Of a stretch of 64,000 bases of DNA, positions 36,201-44,618 are shown piece after piece (position 1 is the stretch's first letter; each line of letters opens with the position of its first letter). Below the pieces are notes generated by a model. That model did no database searches. It was not told the DNA's origin and worked only from the letters and a program-made list of their open reading frames with translations. A program made the translations under genes and the position numbers. Source of the DNA: a virus (lineage: Duplodnaviria > Caudoviricetes); the IMG/VR virus record IMGVR_UViG_3300020281_000001, positions 1,442 to 65,441 of that record, one strand, 5' to 3'.

Positions 36201-39200
36201 ACAATATTAGCCCTACACAAGTTGATAAAGCAATTGAAGAGGGTAAATTACCTAAAGGTACAAATAGATTATCTGGGCCTAAACTATATGAAAGACTTGA
36301 TGTTACTGCAGAACAAGTTGCAGACTTTTTTACAAGTAAAAAACGTAATGCTTTTGCAGGTGTAATAGCTGAAAACTTAGTTAAAGACGCTTTACCAGAA
36401 GTTACAGCTGAAACAGAATCAAAACAAAGAAGAGCAAGAGCTGAAGAAGCACAAGGTAGAAAAGTATCAGAAAAAGATAGAGAACAATTATTAGAAAAAG
36501 TAGAACGAGATCCTGGTCTTAAATACTCTATAACTAAAGAAGCTAAAGAAATATTAAAACTAGCCGCTGTTAAAGATAAGTATAATGATTTTAAAACTAC
36601 AAATGATGTTGATATTTATATTGAAGATATAAAAAAATTAGCAAAATTATTTAAAACAGATGATTATAATATATTAAATAGTAGTGTTCTTCAGTTTACA
36701 AAAGATGTTATTAAAGATCCTAAAATAAGAAAAGATTTAAGAGAAAAATTAAAAAAATTAAAATTAAAAGCAACAATAGGTAGAACTGCACCTAGTAAAA
36801 CTTTTGGTAATAATCCTCAAACTTTATTAAAAAATATTAATAATTCAGAAAGAACTAAAAAATATAATGATAAACATCGTAAGGTTTTTATTGCTACAAT
36901 TAAACAAATGAAAAAACTTATTGATAGTGATAAAAGTTTAGCTTTACCTTTAGTATATTTTATGGAAAATTCTATAAATGAAAGAACAAATCCTCTTTCA
37001 TTAGGTGCAATGTTTTTAGGTGGAGATCTTAATGCTAAAAAAGTTAATAATAAGTTTTTTGAATATGATCATTCTTTTCCTCAAACACAAGCAATGAGGT
37101 TAATTATGGATGGTATTTTAACAAATAAAGGTAAAGATTTTCAAAAAAATTTAGACAGAGTTTTAGATAATTATTATTTAATAGCATTAAGTAAAGCTGA
37201 TCAAAATAAAGTAAATAAATCTGGTCAAAGTAGAAAGTTAAGTGAAAATGAAAGATGGTTTGATAGACTTATTAAAGCCGATGTAGATTTAAGTAAATAT
37301 AAGTATGCTGGGCCCGAATATGAAACCATACAAGATTTTATAAATGATGTTAAAATAACACCTGAATTAGCTAAATCAAAATTAGCTGCATCTAAATATA
37401 ATGATAAAATATTACCACCTACAGATAGACTAAAAGGTTTGTATACTAACAATATGGTATTAAATAAAATGGCTGAAGTTGATAACGCTAGTGTAAAAGA
37501 AGAATTACAGTTTAGTAAATCAGCTGATTTAAGTAAAGGTTTTAATGAAATACTAGAAAAGAAAACAGGTATTGCTGCAGATAAAACATATTCTAAAGTA
37601 AAAGCACAAGTAGTTGGTGCTAATAAAGGTAGATTTAATTTCTTTATACCACCATCAGCTGAAGATTTTGTAGGTTTATTATATAAAACATTAAGTAAAA
37701 ATAAACTTGGTGATAGCCAAATGGCTTGGTATAAGGCACATTTATTAAATCCTTTTGCAAGAGCAATGGATAACTTAACTAGAGATAGAGTTGCTTTAAT
37801 GAATGATTTTAAAGCATTAAAAAAAGAATTAAAAGTTGTACCTAAAACATTAAAGAAAAAAATACCAGGTGAAGGCTTTACACAAGAACAAGCAGTAAGA
37901 GTTTATATATGGGATCAACAAGCTATGGATATTCCAGGTATGGAAGAAGCAGATGTTAAAGAACTAGTAGACTTTGTAAATAGTAAACAAGATTTAAAAT
38001 TGTTTGCTGACCAGTTAATTGCATTACAAAAAGGTGATTTATATGCTGCACCACGAGAAGGTTGGAATGCTGGTACTATTACAACTGATTTAATAGAAGG
38101 TATTAATACAACTAAAAGAGCAAAATATTTAGAAGTATGGCAACAAAATGTAGATGAAATATTTAGCCAAGAAAACTTAAATAAGCTCGAAGCTATATAT
38201 GGTAAAGGATATAGAGGTGCATTAGAAAATATACTTAAACGTATGCAAACTGGAAGAAATAGAACTTTTCCAGGAGATTCATTAACAGGTAGATTTACAG
38301 ATTGGTTAAGTAACTCTATTGGTGCTATTATGTTTTTTAATATGAGATCAGCTGTACTTCAAACAATATCTACAGTTAACTTTATAAATTTTAGAGACAA
38401 TAATATTTTAGCAGCATCAAAAGCTTTTGCTAATCAACCACAGTTTTGGGCTGACTTTAAAAAATTATTTAATTCAGACTTTTTAGTAGATAGAAGAGCT
38501 GGTCTTAAGTTAAATGTACAAGAAGCTGATATTGCTGAGCTTGCTAAAAAAGGTGGTGTAAGAGGTGTTATTAGTGAATTATTAAGATTAGGATTTTTAC
38601 CTACACAATTAGCAGATAGTTTTGCTATTGCATCTGGTGGTTCTACTTTTTATAGAAATAGAATAAAAACTTTAGAAAAACAAGGGTTAACAGCTAAAGA
38701 AGCAGAAAAACAAGCATTTCAAGATTTTAGAGAAATTGCAGAAGAGTCTCAACAATCAAGTAGACCTGATAGAATTAGTCAACAACAAGCAGGACCATTA
38801 GGACGTATTATATTAGCTTTTCAAAATACTCCAATGCAATATGCTAGATTAATTAAAAAAGCCGCTAGTGATCTTAGAAATGGCCGAGGGGATGCAAAGA
38901 CTAATATATCTAAAATATTGTATTATGGTTTTGTACAAAACTTAATATTTAACGCATTACAACAAGCTGCTTTTGCTTTAGGTTTTGGTGATACCGAAGA
39001 AGAAGAAGAAAAAAGAGAGAAAAAATATAGTAGTATATTAAATAGTATGGCAGATAGTATTATAAGAGGTACCGGTGTTGCTGGTGTTGTATTTGCTACT
39101 ATAAAAAATACACTAATTAAATTAGAAAAAGAAAGTAAAAAGAAATCACCTAAATATCAAGATGCTGTATTAGAGCTAGCTCAAGCATCACCACCTTTAG

Positions 39201-39535
39201 GATCCAAAATAAGAAAAATACAGTCAGCAGGTAGATCTTATTCGTGGAATAAAAAAGAAATGTTAGAAAAAGGCTGGTCTATAGATAATCCAGCTTATTT
39301 AGCAGCAGGTCAAGTTATAGCTGCAACAACCAACATACCACTAGATAGAGCATTTAAAAAAATTGATAATATTAGAAACTCAAGTAGATCAGATTTAGAA
39401 GCTTGGCAAAGAATAGCTTTAATAGCAGGTTGGTCTGATTGGGATTTAGGTATTAAAGATGTTAAAACTAAGTCTAAAAAAACCAAAAAAACAAAACGTA
39501 TAATAAAGAAAAAATCTAAAAAGAAAAAATTTTAA
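33212..39535 (+). CDS. Giant ejection/polyvalent protein: zincin, sigma-region-2-like, HNH-like and helical C-terminal domains
   Basis: 2107 aa; HELLH at residue ~625; L-[KQ]-[FY]-S at ~764, ~1103 and ~1432; see findings. Confidence 0.75.
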   Translation: MKELYNSLYNQGLYTGTFEQFQSDYGGENYQELYNKLNDNDYYTGSFDQFNIDYDPNITEKEETITAEVDDKTKDGVSEIKINGNITTRNSAANTINAIENIEDFNKLNIEINNDNEISNLYTQKQKDLEQKDINIFKSFGAYAGSGISKFFEGLGETQDALIYGAATLFNPDMDKEEKLLLKDSIKKGYITPSYSARIPTQELENATKFFDNYKRKTESKNILDAVDKGNYLEAAELTVGGALESIPSIALVFGGGGGLTLLATSVSGNKFAEEFENNPDESLGTLYANAAGTGIVESSFELVTRGLLKQAGIIGGVKGKDVAQQFLKDGAKDLVKKVGWFAGATGAEGLSEASTELATMYIDAYGIPIAGGLGSIGGLNRKSDFTVDFSEGKYGEGIVRLFDSFMIGSFVGGNFQSVAAVGNTRSAARNRAETLLTPASIKKIYADGATQLSEIYKDLNNPDISVQAKKILQQKAEQIEQDIARVKKETSKALNNLTKDELIENFKYVEQIQKNVEAYNSLPDKRKSTGRILRKNIQEAQQAQQDLFEQAAQRELQKNIEFAKTQSEEVTGRKTKIIETFEEVRKEYGDEAAATNAFFDPSTGDIVINKEIASKTKAVSVGSHELLHGILQQLSLSDPSIITGEGGFLETLNDNQRQVLEKRIKDNGYTKKYLKANPDEYLTQFSDAINENEIVFEENLFTKIGNIFTPILRRLGFNKIKFNTGKDVYDFMKEYNKSIKQGKLTGAIKEVLPDKTKTKKGGLKFSRSADIDALVGPKTDGQYTLTKAEWDAGKADETLSKVFPKLQGLIESKIPIDRPPGFSQEDFVSGTVEELIPHIRNFNPEQNNSLSGWINSQLQNKIGNVFKKGEAATKEVFEDDVTEARGVTEVQETVEEVTPETQTASKLRKIVGVERKRGLEIARNIVKGKLPDLSDKKLRSQINRQARDEYLTEIRDLLNDLTDNQKLEIVKTLPIQDLVKLERLQKDKIFAKLVANNISPTQVDKAIEEGKLPKGTNRLSGPKLYERLDVTAEQVADFFTSKKRNAFAGVIAENLVKDALPEVTAETESKQRRARAEEAQGRKVSEKDREQLLEKVERDPGLKYSITKEAKEILKLAAVKDKYNDFKTTNDVDIYIEDIKKLAKLFKTDDYNILNSSVLQFTKDVIKDPKIRKDLREKLKKLKLKATIGRTAPSKTFGNNPQTLLKNINNSERTKKYNDKHRKVFIATIKQMKKLIDSDKSLALPLVYFMENSINERTNPLSLGAMFLGGDLNAKKVNNKFFEYDHSFPQTQAMRLIMDGILTNKGKDFQKNLDRVLDNYYLIALSKADQNKVNKSGQSRKLSENERWFDRLIKADVDLSKYKYAGPEYETIQDFINDVKITPELAKSKLAASKYNDKILPPTDRLKGLYTNNMVLNKMAEVDNASVKEELQFSKSADLSKGFNEILEKKTGIAADKTYSKVKAQVVGANKGRFNFFIPPSAEDFVGLLYKTLSKNKLGDSQMAWYKAHLLNPFARAMDNLTRDRVALMNDFKALKKELKVVPKTLKKKIPGEGFTQEQAVRVYIWDQQAMDIPGMEEADVKELVDFVNSKQDLKLFADQLIALQKGDLYAAPREGWNAGTITTDLIEGINTTKRAKYLEVWQQNVDEIFSQENLNKLEAIYGKGYRGALENILKRMQTGRNRTFPGDSLTGRFTDWLSNSIGAIMFFNMRSAVLQTISTVNFINFRDNNILAASKAFANQPQFWADFKKLFNSDFLVDRRAGLKLNVQEADIAELAKKGGVRGVISELLRLGFLPTQLADSFAIASGGSTFYRNRIKTLEKQGLTAKEAEKQAFQDFREIAEESQQSSRPDRISQQQAGPLGRIILAFQNTPMQYARLIKKAASDLRNGRGDAKTNISKILYYGFVQNLIFNALQQAAFALGFGDTEEEEEKREKKYSSILNSMADSIIRGTGVAGVVFATIKNTLIKLEKESKKKSPKYQDAVLELAQASPPLGSKIRKIQSAGRSYSWNKKEMLEKGWSIDNPAYLAAGQVIAATTNIPLDRAFKKIDNIRNSSRSDLEAWQRIALIAGWSDWDLGIKDVKTKSKKTKKTKRIIKKKSKKKKF

Positions 39536-39949
39536 ATGATAAAAAACGGAAGACAAAAAGACATAAGACATTACGTAGGTGCAATAGGTATATTTATATT
39601 TGTTGTAGGTATATTAACATTTTTATCGTTTCATGAAATACCTACAGTAAATAAAGATATTATTGTATCTATTATAGGTATGATCGTCGGTAGCTTGTCC
39701 GTTGTAATTATGACAGTTATAGGACGAAACCCAGATGAAGTTAACGAACTTAAAAAAGCTAACGAAGGTTTAACTTCTAAAGTTGAGCATTTAGTACAAC
39801 AAAAAGATGAGTTAGAAAAAATGCTTATAACAGTACAAACTAATATAATAGATCAATTAACTATGTTAGGATCAAATGCTTTTGATACTATATATCATCC
39901 GAAAAAATGTGTATGTGGTAAACAAAGCTGTAAATGTGAAGGAGAATAA
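39536..39949 (+). CDS. Membrane protein: two TM helices, coiled coil, Cys-rich tail; possible lysis accessory
   Basis: YVGAIGIFIFVVGILTFL and IIVSIIGMIVGSLSVVIMTVIG, then heptad repeats. Confidence 0.65.
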   Translation: MIKNGRQKDIRHYVGAIGIFIFVVGILTFLSFHEIPTVNKDIIVSIIGMIVGSLSVVIMTVIGRNPDEVNELKKANEGLTSKVEHLVQQKDELEKMLITVQTNIIDQLTMLGSNAFDTIYHPKKCVCGKQSCKCEGE

Positions 39950-39951
39950 TT

Positions 39952-40236
39952 ATGGCATATAAAAATCCAATAAATATTACAGAAAAAGCTTATGAAAAAT
40001 CTAATAGAAAGATGCGTAGTGAGCATAAAAAAGATACTGGTAGAACATTAGGTACTAGACAAACTAGTGGTAAAGGTAAACGTAGAGTTTCTTTTGCTTG
40101 TAGATTTGCAGGTATGAAAGCTAGTATGACAGATAAAAGTGGTGGACCGAGCAAATATGCTATGGCATTAAAAAAATGGGGTTTTGCTAATAGAAGTGAA
40201 GCTCGTAGTTTTTGTAATAAAAATAAAGAAAAATAA
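39952..40236 (+). CDS. Small basic protein
   Basis: RRVSFACRFAGM...ALKKWG motif seen in phage basic proteins. Confidence 0.7.
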   Translation: MAYKNPINITEKAYEKSNRKMRSEHKKDTGRTLGTRQTSGKGKRRVSFACRFAGMKASMTDKSGGPSKYAMALKKWGFANRSEARSFCNKNKEK

Positions 40237-40237
40237 A

Positions 40238-40381
40238 ATGGGAAAAATAAGTGGACCTTGTAAAGCAGCGGCTAAAAGAAAATTTAAAGTTTGGCCAAGT
40301 GCGTATGCTTCTGGATGGGGTGTAAGATGTACTAAAGCTGGTGGGCCTGGTAAAATGGGTAAATCAAAAAAGAAAAAGTAA
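40238..40381 (+). CDS. Small basic protein (WPSAYASG motif)
   Basis: Likely start MGKISGPC at 40238. Confidence 0.7.
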   Translation: MGKISGPCKAAAKRKFKVWPSAYASGWGVRCTKAGGPGKMGKSKKKK

Positions 40382-40500
40382 TGGATAAAAATTTAAAATC
40401 AGTTGTAGCTGAATTAAAAAAAGCATCACGTATGCATGCTGCTCAAGCAAAAAAAATTGAAAAGCATATTAAAGCTATGCAAAAATCATATAAAAAATAA
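40381..40500 (+). CDS. 39-aa basic helical peptide; not in the ORF track
   Basis: MDKNLKSVVAELKKASRMHAAQAKKIEKHIKAMQKSYKK; TAATG coupling at both ends. Confidence 0.65.
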   Translation: MDKNLKSVVAELKKASRMHAAQAKKIEKHIKAMQKSYKK

Positions 40501-40592
40501 TGGGATATAAAAGTGCTGCTCAACGAAAAGCTGTACACGCTAAGAAAGCCGAGCAAAAAAAGAAAAAGAAAAGAAAAAGAAAAAGAAAATAA
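40500..40592 (+). CDS. 30-aa highly basic peptide; not in the ORF track
   Basis: MGYKSAAQRKAVHAKKAEQKKKKKRKRKRK; TAATG coupling. Confidence 0.65.
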   Translation: MGYKSAAQRKAVHAKKAEQKKKKKRKRKRK

Positions 40593-40594
40593 TC

Positions 40595-40963
40595 ATGGCA
40601 TATAACCAACCGTCTTCACCTTTTACTTGTTGGGAAGGATACGAAAGAGTACCAGGTACGTCTGAGTTTTCTAAAGGTAGTTGTAGAAAAATATCTTCTA
40701 GTAATTCACCGGCTACAAAAAAACAAAAAGGTGGTGGTACAACTAAAACTTGTTTGCCTTACTCTAAAATTAAAAACATGAGTAAAGAACAAAGACAAAA
40801 GCTTATTAATGCTAAAAAAGCATCAGGAGCAAAAGGTAAATATAAAAGATCATCTAAAACAAATGTTAAAGGCGCAAGAAAAAAAGGTGCTACATTAAGA
40901 GATTGGTTTGAAAAAGAAGACTGGAGAAGAGTAGATGATCCTAGTAAAAAATGTGGAGAATGA
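40595..40963 (+). CDS. Basic hypothetical protein
   Basis: CWEGYERV...KGSC and LRDWFEKEDW motifs. Confidence 0.7.
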   Translation: MAYNQPSSPFTCWEGYERVPGTSEFSKGSCRKISSSNSPATKKQKGGGTTKTCLPYSKIKNMSKEQRQKLINAKKASGAKGKYKRSSKTNVKGARKKGATLRDWFEKEDWRRVDDPSKKCGE

Positions 40964-41313
40964 AATATTTTACAATAACAGAGTTTGATTCACCAGATGT
41001 AGTTGGTAGTGGTAAATTAATGAATGAAGATTTTTTAGAAAAATTAGATTTAGTAAGAGCTAAGTTTGATAAACCTATAAAAATAAACAGTGGTGTAAGA
41101 ACAGAAGAACATAATAAAAAAGTAGGAGGAAAATATAATTCTTCACATCTAACAGGTTATGCAGCTGATTTACATTGTAATAATTCTAAAGATAGATATG
41201 AATTGTTAATATGTTTATTAGATGTAGGTTTCAATAGAATAGGTATAGGTAATACCTTTATACATGTAGATTCAGATCCGGAAAAAACAAAAAATGTGAT
41301 TTGGACATATTAA
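40960..41313 (+). CDS. Endolysin, peptidase M15A family
   Basis: INSGVRTEEHNKKVGG..SSHLTGYAADL...FIHVD; likely start MKYFTITEFD. Confidence 0.88.
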   Translation: MKYFTITEFDSPDVVGSGKLMNEDFLEKLDLVRAKFDKPIKINSGVRTEEHNKKVGGKYNSSHLTGYAADLHCNNSKDRYELLICLLDVGFNRIGIGNTFIHVDSDPEKTKNVIWTY

Positions 41314-41363
41314 ATTAGAAAAAGGAACACGATAAAATGGGATTCCACCCCCAAAGTTCCTGC

Positions 41364-41395
41364 ATAAAGGGAGGTCTTAATTGATCTCCCTTTAT
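41364..41395. terminator. Bidirectional intrinsic terminator at the convergence of the two arms
   Basis: ATAAAGGGAGGTC-TTAATT-GATCTCCCTTTAT between convergent stop codons. Confidence 0.8.
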
Positions 41396-41399
41396 TATT

Positions 41400-43118
41400 T
41401 TAACCATCACAAGCTAAACAGTTTTCATCCATAGCAGAAGCAGCAATATCACCTCTAAGAACTGATTCAGTTCTCATATAATATAAAGTTTTAATACCTT
41501 TTTTCCATGCATCAAAATGTACTTTATTAATCCATTTAGGTGTTGCTTCAGAAGGAAAAGCTAAGTTTAAAGATACAGATTGATCAACATACTGTTGTCT
41601 TAGTCCTGCTTGATTAATTAATTCTAATTGATTTATTTCTTTAAATGTTTTAAAAACTTCTTTAGCCGATACGCCGTTAGTAAAGACAATAGAATCAAGC
41701 TCATCAATACCTTGGACTGAACCACCATCTTCCAAAATTTTATCCCAAACTTCACTTGTATTTAATTTATGTTTTCTTAATAACTTTATTAATGTAGGGT
41801 TTTTTCTTATAAATGTACCTTTAGCTGATTGTTCTGTAAAAACATTAGCTGCCCATGGTTCAACACCGGGTGATATATTACCAGATAATTTAGAATTACT
41901 TACTGTTGGGGCTATAGCTCTAAGATGAGTATTTCGCATACCAGTTCCTACACACCATAAAGGTTCTCCATAAGTTTCAGCTAAGTTTCTACTTGCTCGA
42001 TCAGATTCTATTTTTATTTGACTAAATATTTTTCTAGTTTCATACTGTGCTAACAAACCTTCAAAAGGTATATTTTTTTCTTGTAAATATGTATGCCAAC
42101 CTAATACACCTAAACCTAAAGCTCTACCTTTTTCAGCAGATCTTACAGAGTTTTCAAAACCTATTTTACCTTTAGCTTTTTGTATAAACTCTTCTAATAC
42201 ACCATCTAAAAACCATATTGAATCATATATAATATTAGTGTTTTTCCATTCATCATATTTTGCTAAGTTTAAACTAGATAAACAACAAACAAAACTATGA
42301 GATTCATCTGTTTGTAATACTATTTCACTACATATATTAGTCATATGTACTTTTAAACTGTTTTTCTTATATGCTTCTGGATTAGCTTTGTTTGTATTTC
42401 CTTTAAATAGGATATATGGCTCTCCAGTTGCTTTACGTTTTTGGAGTAACTTACTCCATTTATTTCTTGCTTGTTTATCTCCTTGTTCAAGTCTTCGCAT
42501 AAACTTATCCCCAATGACAGCACACTGGTGCAAGTTAAGAGATTGTCTATTGACATCTCCTTTAGGTTCTCTAATTTCCAACCACTCGAGGAAATCACTA
42601 TGTTCAATATTGATATTAACGCTTGCAGCTCCTCTTCTAACGGAGCCTTGATTGGTTGCGAGTATAGTTGAGTCGTATATTTTGCAAAAAGGGACAACAC
42701 CGTCAGAAGTTCCATTACCTGTAATTTTAGATCCGGCAGGGCGTATCATATTAATGCCTATACCTACACCGCCGCCGTGTTTTGCAAGTAGCATCATTTC
42801 TAAATTTTTCTTTCCTATATCATTTATACTATCAGCAACATCAATACCAAAGCAGCTTATTGGTAAACCTCTATCTGTACCTGTGTTTGATAATACAGGT
42901 GAAGCTAAACAAAGCCAACCGTTCCATATATATTCAAAAAATCTATCAGCTAGCTCTGGTTTATATAAACGTCTTGCTACTGTTTTAGCTACACGCATAT
43001 AAGCATCACGCGGTGATTCACCATTAAATAAATATCCTCCTGATATTGTTTGTTTGTATATATCATTATTACCCCAAGAAGGATAGTCTTCACCCTTTAC
43101 CCAATTATTATTCCACAT
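41400..43118 (-). CDS. nrdA: Ribonucleotide reductase class I alpha subunit (short, no obvious ATP cone)
   Basis: PISCF, GGGVG, TNICSEI, CCLSSLNL, AIAPTVSNS, KTLYY, C-terminal CLAC. Confidence 0.95.
   Translation of the reverse strand: MWNNNWVKGEDYPSWGNNDIYKQTISGGYLFNGESPRDAYMRVAKTVARRLYKPELADRFFEYIWNGWLCLASPVLSNTGTDRGLPISCFGIDVADSINDIGKKNLEMMLLAKHGGGVGIGINMIRPAGSKITGNGTSDGVVPFCKIYDSTILATNQGSVRRGAASVNINIEHSDFLEWLEIREPKGDVNRQSLNLHQCAVIGDKFMRRLEQGDKQARNKWSKLLQKRKATGEPYILFKGNTNKANPEAYKKNSLKVHMTNICSEIVLQTDESHSFVCCLSSLNLAKYDEWKNTNIIYDSIWFLDGVLEEFIQKAKGKIGFENSVRSAEKGRALGLGVLGWHTYLQEKNIPFEGLLAQYETRKIFSQIKIESDRASRNLAETYGEPLWCVGTGMRNTHLRAIAPTVSNSKLSGNISPGVEPWAANVFTEQSAKGTFIRKNPTLIKLLRKHKLNTSEVWDKILEDGGSVQGIDELDSIVFTNGVSAKEVFKTFKEINQLELINQAGLRQQYVDQSVSLNLAFPSEATPKWINKVHFDAWKKGIKTLYYMRTESVLRGDIAASAMDENCLACDG
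42353..42715 (-). CDS. Possible nested +1-frame ORF in nrdA
   Basis: 120 open codons on the same strand, local GC rise, amphipathic/coiled-coil product. Confidence 0.35.
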   Translation of the reverse strand: MELLTVLSLFAKYTTQLYSQPIKAPLEEELQALISILNIVISSSGWKLENLKEMSIDNLLTCTSVLSLGISLCEDLNKEINKQEINGVSYSKNVKQLESHISYLKEIQTKLIQKHIRKTV

Positions 43119-43482
43119 GGTTTAAATTTAAAGTTGCTTTTGTTAATTCTGCCATAGTATTTATATCACCAGTATAAGTAGCTATTATTTTTTTATTTTC
43201 TAACATGCGATATGTTATGTTTACTTTCCACCTATTATCATGATTTATAAGTTTAGTATCAATAGCGTAATCGCTTGTTATTTTAACTATTTTTTCTACT
43301 ACAGCTGAAGGATCTCCAAAACTAAAAGTGTATATTTCTAATATATCATCTTTTTCATTATATGTAAAAACTTTATACCAGTATGAATGTGGTGTAGACC
43401 ATATACCTTCAAACTTTTGTAAAGGACTTTGACTGAATAAAGTTGTTGTAAAAAATAAAAATAATATTATTAAATTTTTCAT
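43108..43482 (-). CDS. Secreted hypothetical protein
   Basis: Bacteroidota-type signal peptide MKNLIILFLFFTTTLFS-Q. Confidence 0.7.
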   Translation of the reverse strand: MKNLIILFLFFTTTLFSQSPLQKFEGIWSTPHSYWYKVFTYNEKDDILEIYTFSFGDPSAVVEKIVKITSDYAIDTKLINHDNRWKVNITYRMLENKKIIATYTGDINTMAELTKATLNLNHVE

Positions 43483-43709
43483 TATGTTTCTAATTTTTTT
43501 TCATTTGATTTATCTTGTAGTTTTTTCATTTTTTCTACAAGTTTATTCCACTCATCTTCACCCATAAACATTTGTAAAGAGCTTAGTGTTCCATTAGCTA
43601 AAGTTTCTAATTTAGAAACATCTTGTATTAATCTTTGTAATACCCTGCTAATAGCTTGTATTTTTTTATCTGTTTCATTTAATTTACCTATTAATTTACT
43701 TTCTTTCAT
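43482..43709 (-). CDS. Coiled-coil hypothetical protein
   Basis: Translationally coupled ORF. Confidence 0.7.
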   Translation of the reverse strand: MKESKLIGKLNETDKKIQAISRVLQRLIQDVSKLETLANGTLSSLQMFMGEDEWNKLVEKMKKLQDKSNEKKLET

Positions 43710-44056
43710 TGCATTGAATATATTGTGTAACCTACAATTACATTAACATTTACTAAAACTAAATTCCATTGTTTTGCTACCCACACTTGAGGTATGGAAA
43801 TTAAACCTCCTAAAATATAACAAACTACACCTATATTTCCTTGTGGTAATAAATAAGGGCCTATCATAATAAAAGCTGTACCCATATATCCTAATCTATT
43901 TGCTATTCTTTCTTTTGCACTTAATCTTCTATCATGCACTAATAATCTTAAAAAAGATCTTTTCCATCTAAACTCACAACGCATACAAGTTTTTTTATAT
44001 TCGTGTTTAAATTTAGAATCTTTTTTTGTTTTTTTACATATATTACAAGTTCTCAT
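43706..44056 (-). CDS. CxxC-CxxC zinc finger fused to a 3-TM membrane domain
   Basis: CNIC...CMRC followed by hydrophobic helices ending WNLVLVNVN. Confidence 0.65.
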   Translation of the reverse strand: MRTCNICKKTKKDSKFKHEYKKTCMRCEFRWKRSFLRLLVHDRRLSAKERIANRLGYMGTAFIMIGPYLLPQGNIGVVCYILGGLISIPQVWVAKQWNLVLVNVNVIVGYTIYSMQ

Positions 44057-44618
44057 ATTTATAAAACATTACAAAAACCTTTCTACTTTTTTTAAATTCA
44101 TTAGGATATTTACTATGAAAATAACTACATGGATAAGATAAAAGTCTATTTTTTTTACCTTCAATAACAGTTTTTAATTGCCATTTATTTATATCGTTTG
44201 CATCTTCTTGTAACATCCTATTAGCTTCTTCAACTCCTTTATTGTTTGGAAATTTATCTCCATATATATTGTGTGACCAAAATGCAGTACCGTTTAATTT
44301 TTTAGTAATATTATCAGATAAATATAAAACTAATGCTCTATCTGGTTTTTCTTTATATACTCCAGAATAACTATCATTGTGTATTCGCCAATCGTTATCT
44401 TGATTTTTTTTTGCTTCTCTAAAAAAAGAAAAACAATTAATTATTTTTTTATTTTCTATTAATTGTAATCTTTTACAAATATAATCTACAAACTCATTAG
44501 TAGCATTTTTTATCCAAAAGCTTTTACCTGGCGTATCTACTTTTTCAAAATTTTTAAGATCTTTTATTACAAAATTAAAAACTTTTTTGTCTAAAAAATC
44601 ATCTATAAAATAAATCAT
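44043..44618 (-). CDS. 2OG-Fe(II) oxygenase superfamily protein
   Basis: IDDFL start, IHND (HxD), LVLYLS, GTAFW, NRLLSY...FHS...R.VFVMF. Confidence 0.8.
   Translation of the reverse strand: MIYFIDDFLDKKVFNFVIKDLKNFEKVDTPGKSFWIKNATNEFVDYICKRLQLIENKKIINCFSFFREAKKNQDNDWRIHNDSYSGVYKEKPDRALVLYLSDNITKKLNGTAFWSHNIYGDKFPNNKGVEEANRMLQEDANDINKWQLKTVIEGKKNRLLSYPCSYFHSKYPNEFKKSRKVFVMFYKYENL

Noticed and set aside
31614-39535. Virion RNA polymerase as in crAss-like or N4-like phages
   Set aside because: No DFDID/NADFDGD-type catalytic motif in the 2107-aa protein; VDKDGD in the 532-aa protein lacks the surrounding context.
40553-40590. Purine-only AAAAG repeat as a slippage or regulatory tract
   Set aside because: Explained as the Lys/Arg tail of the 30-aa basic peptide.
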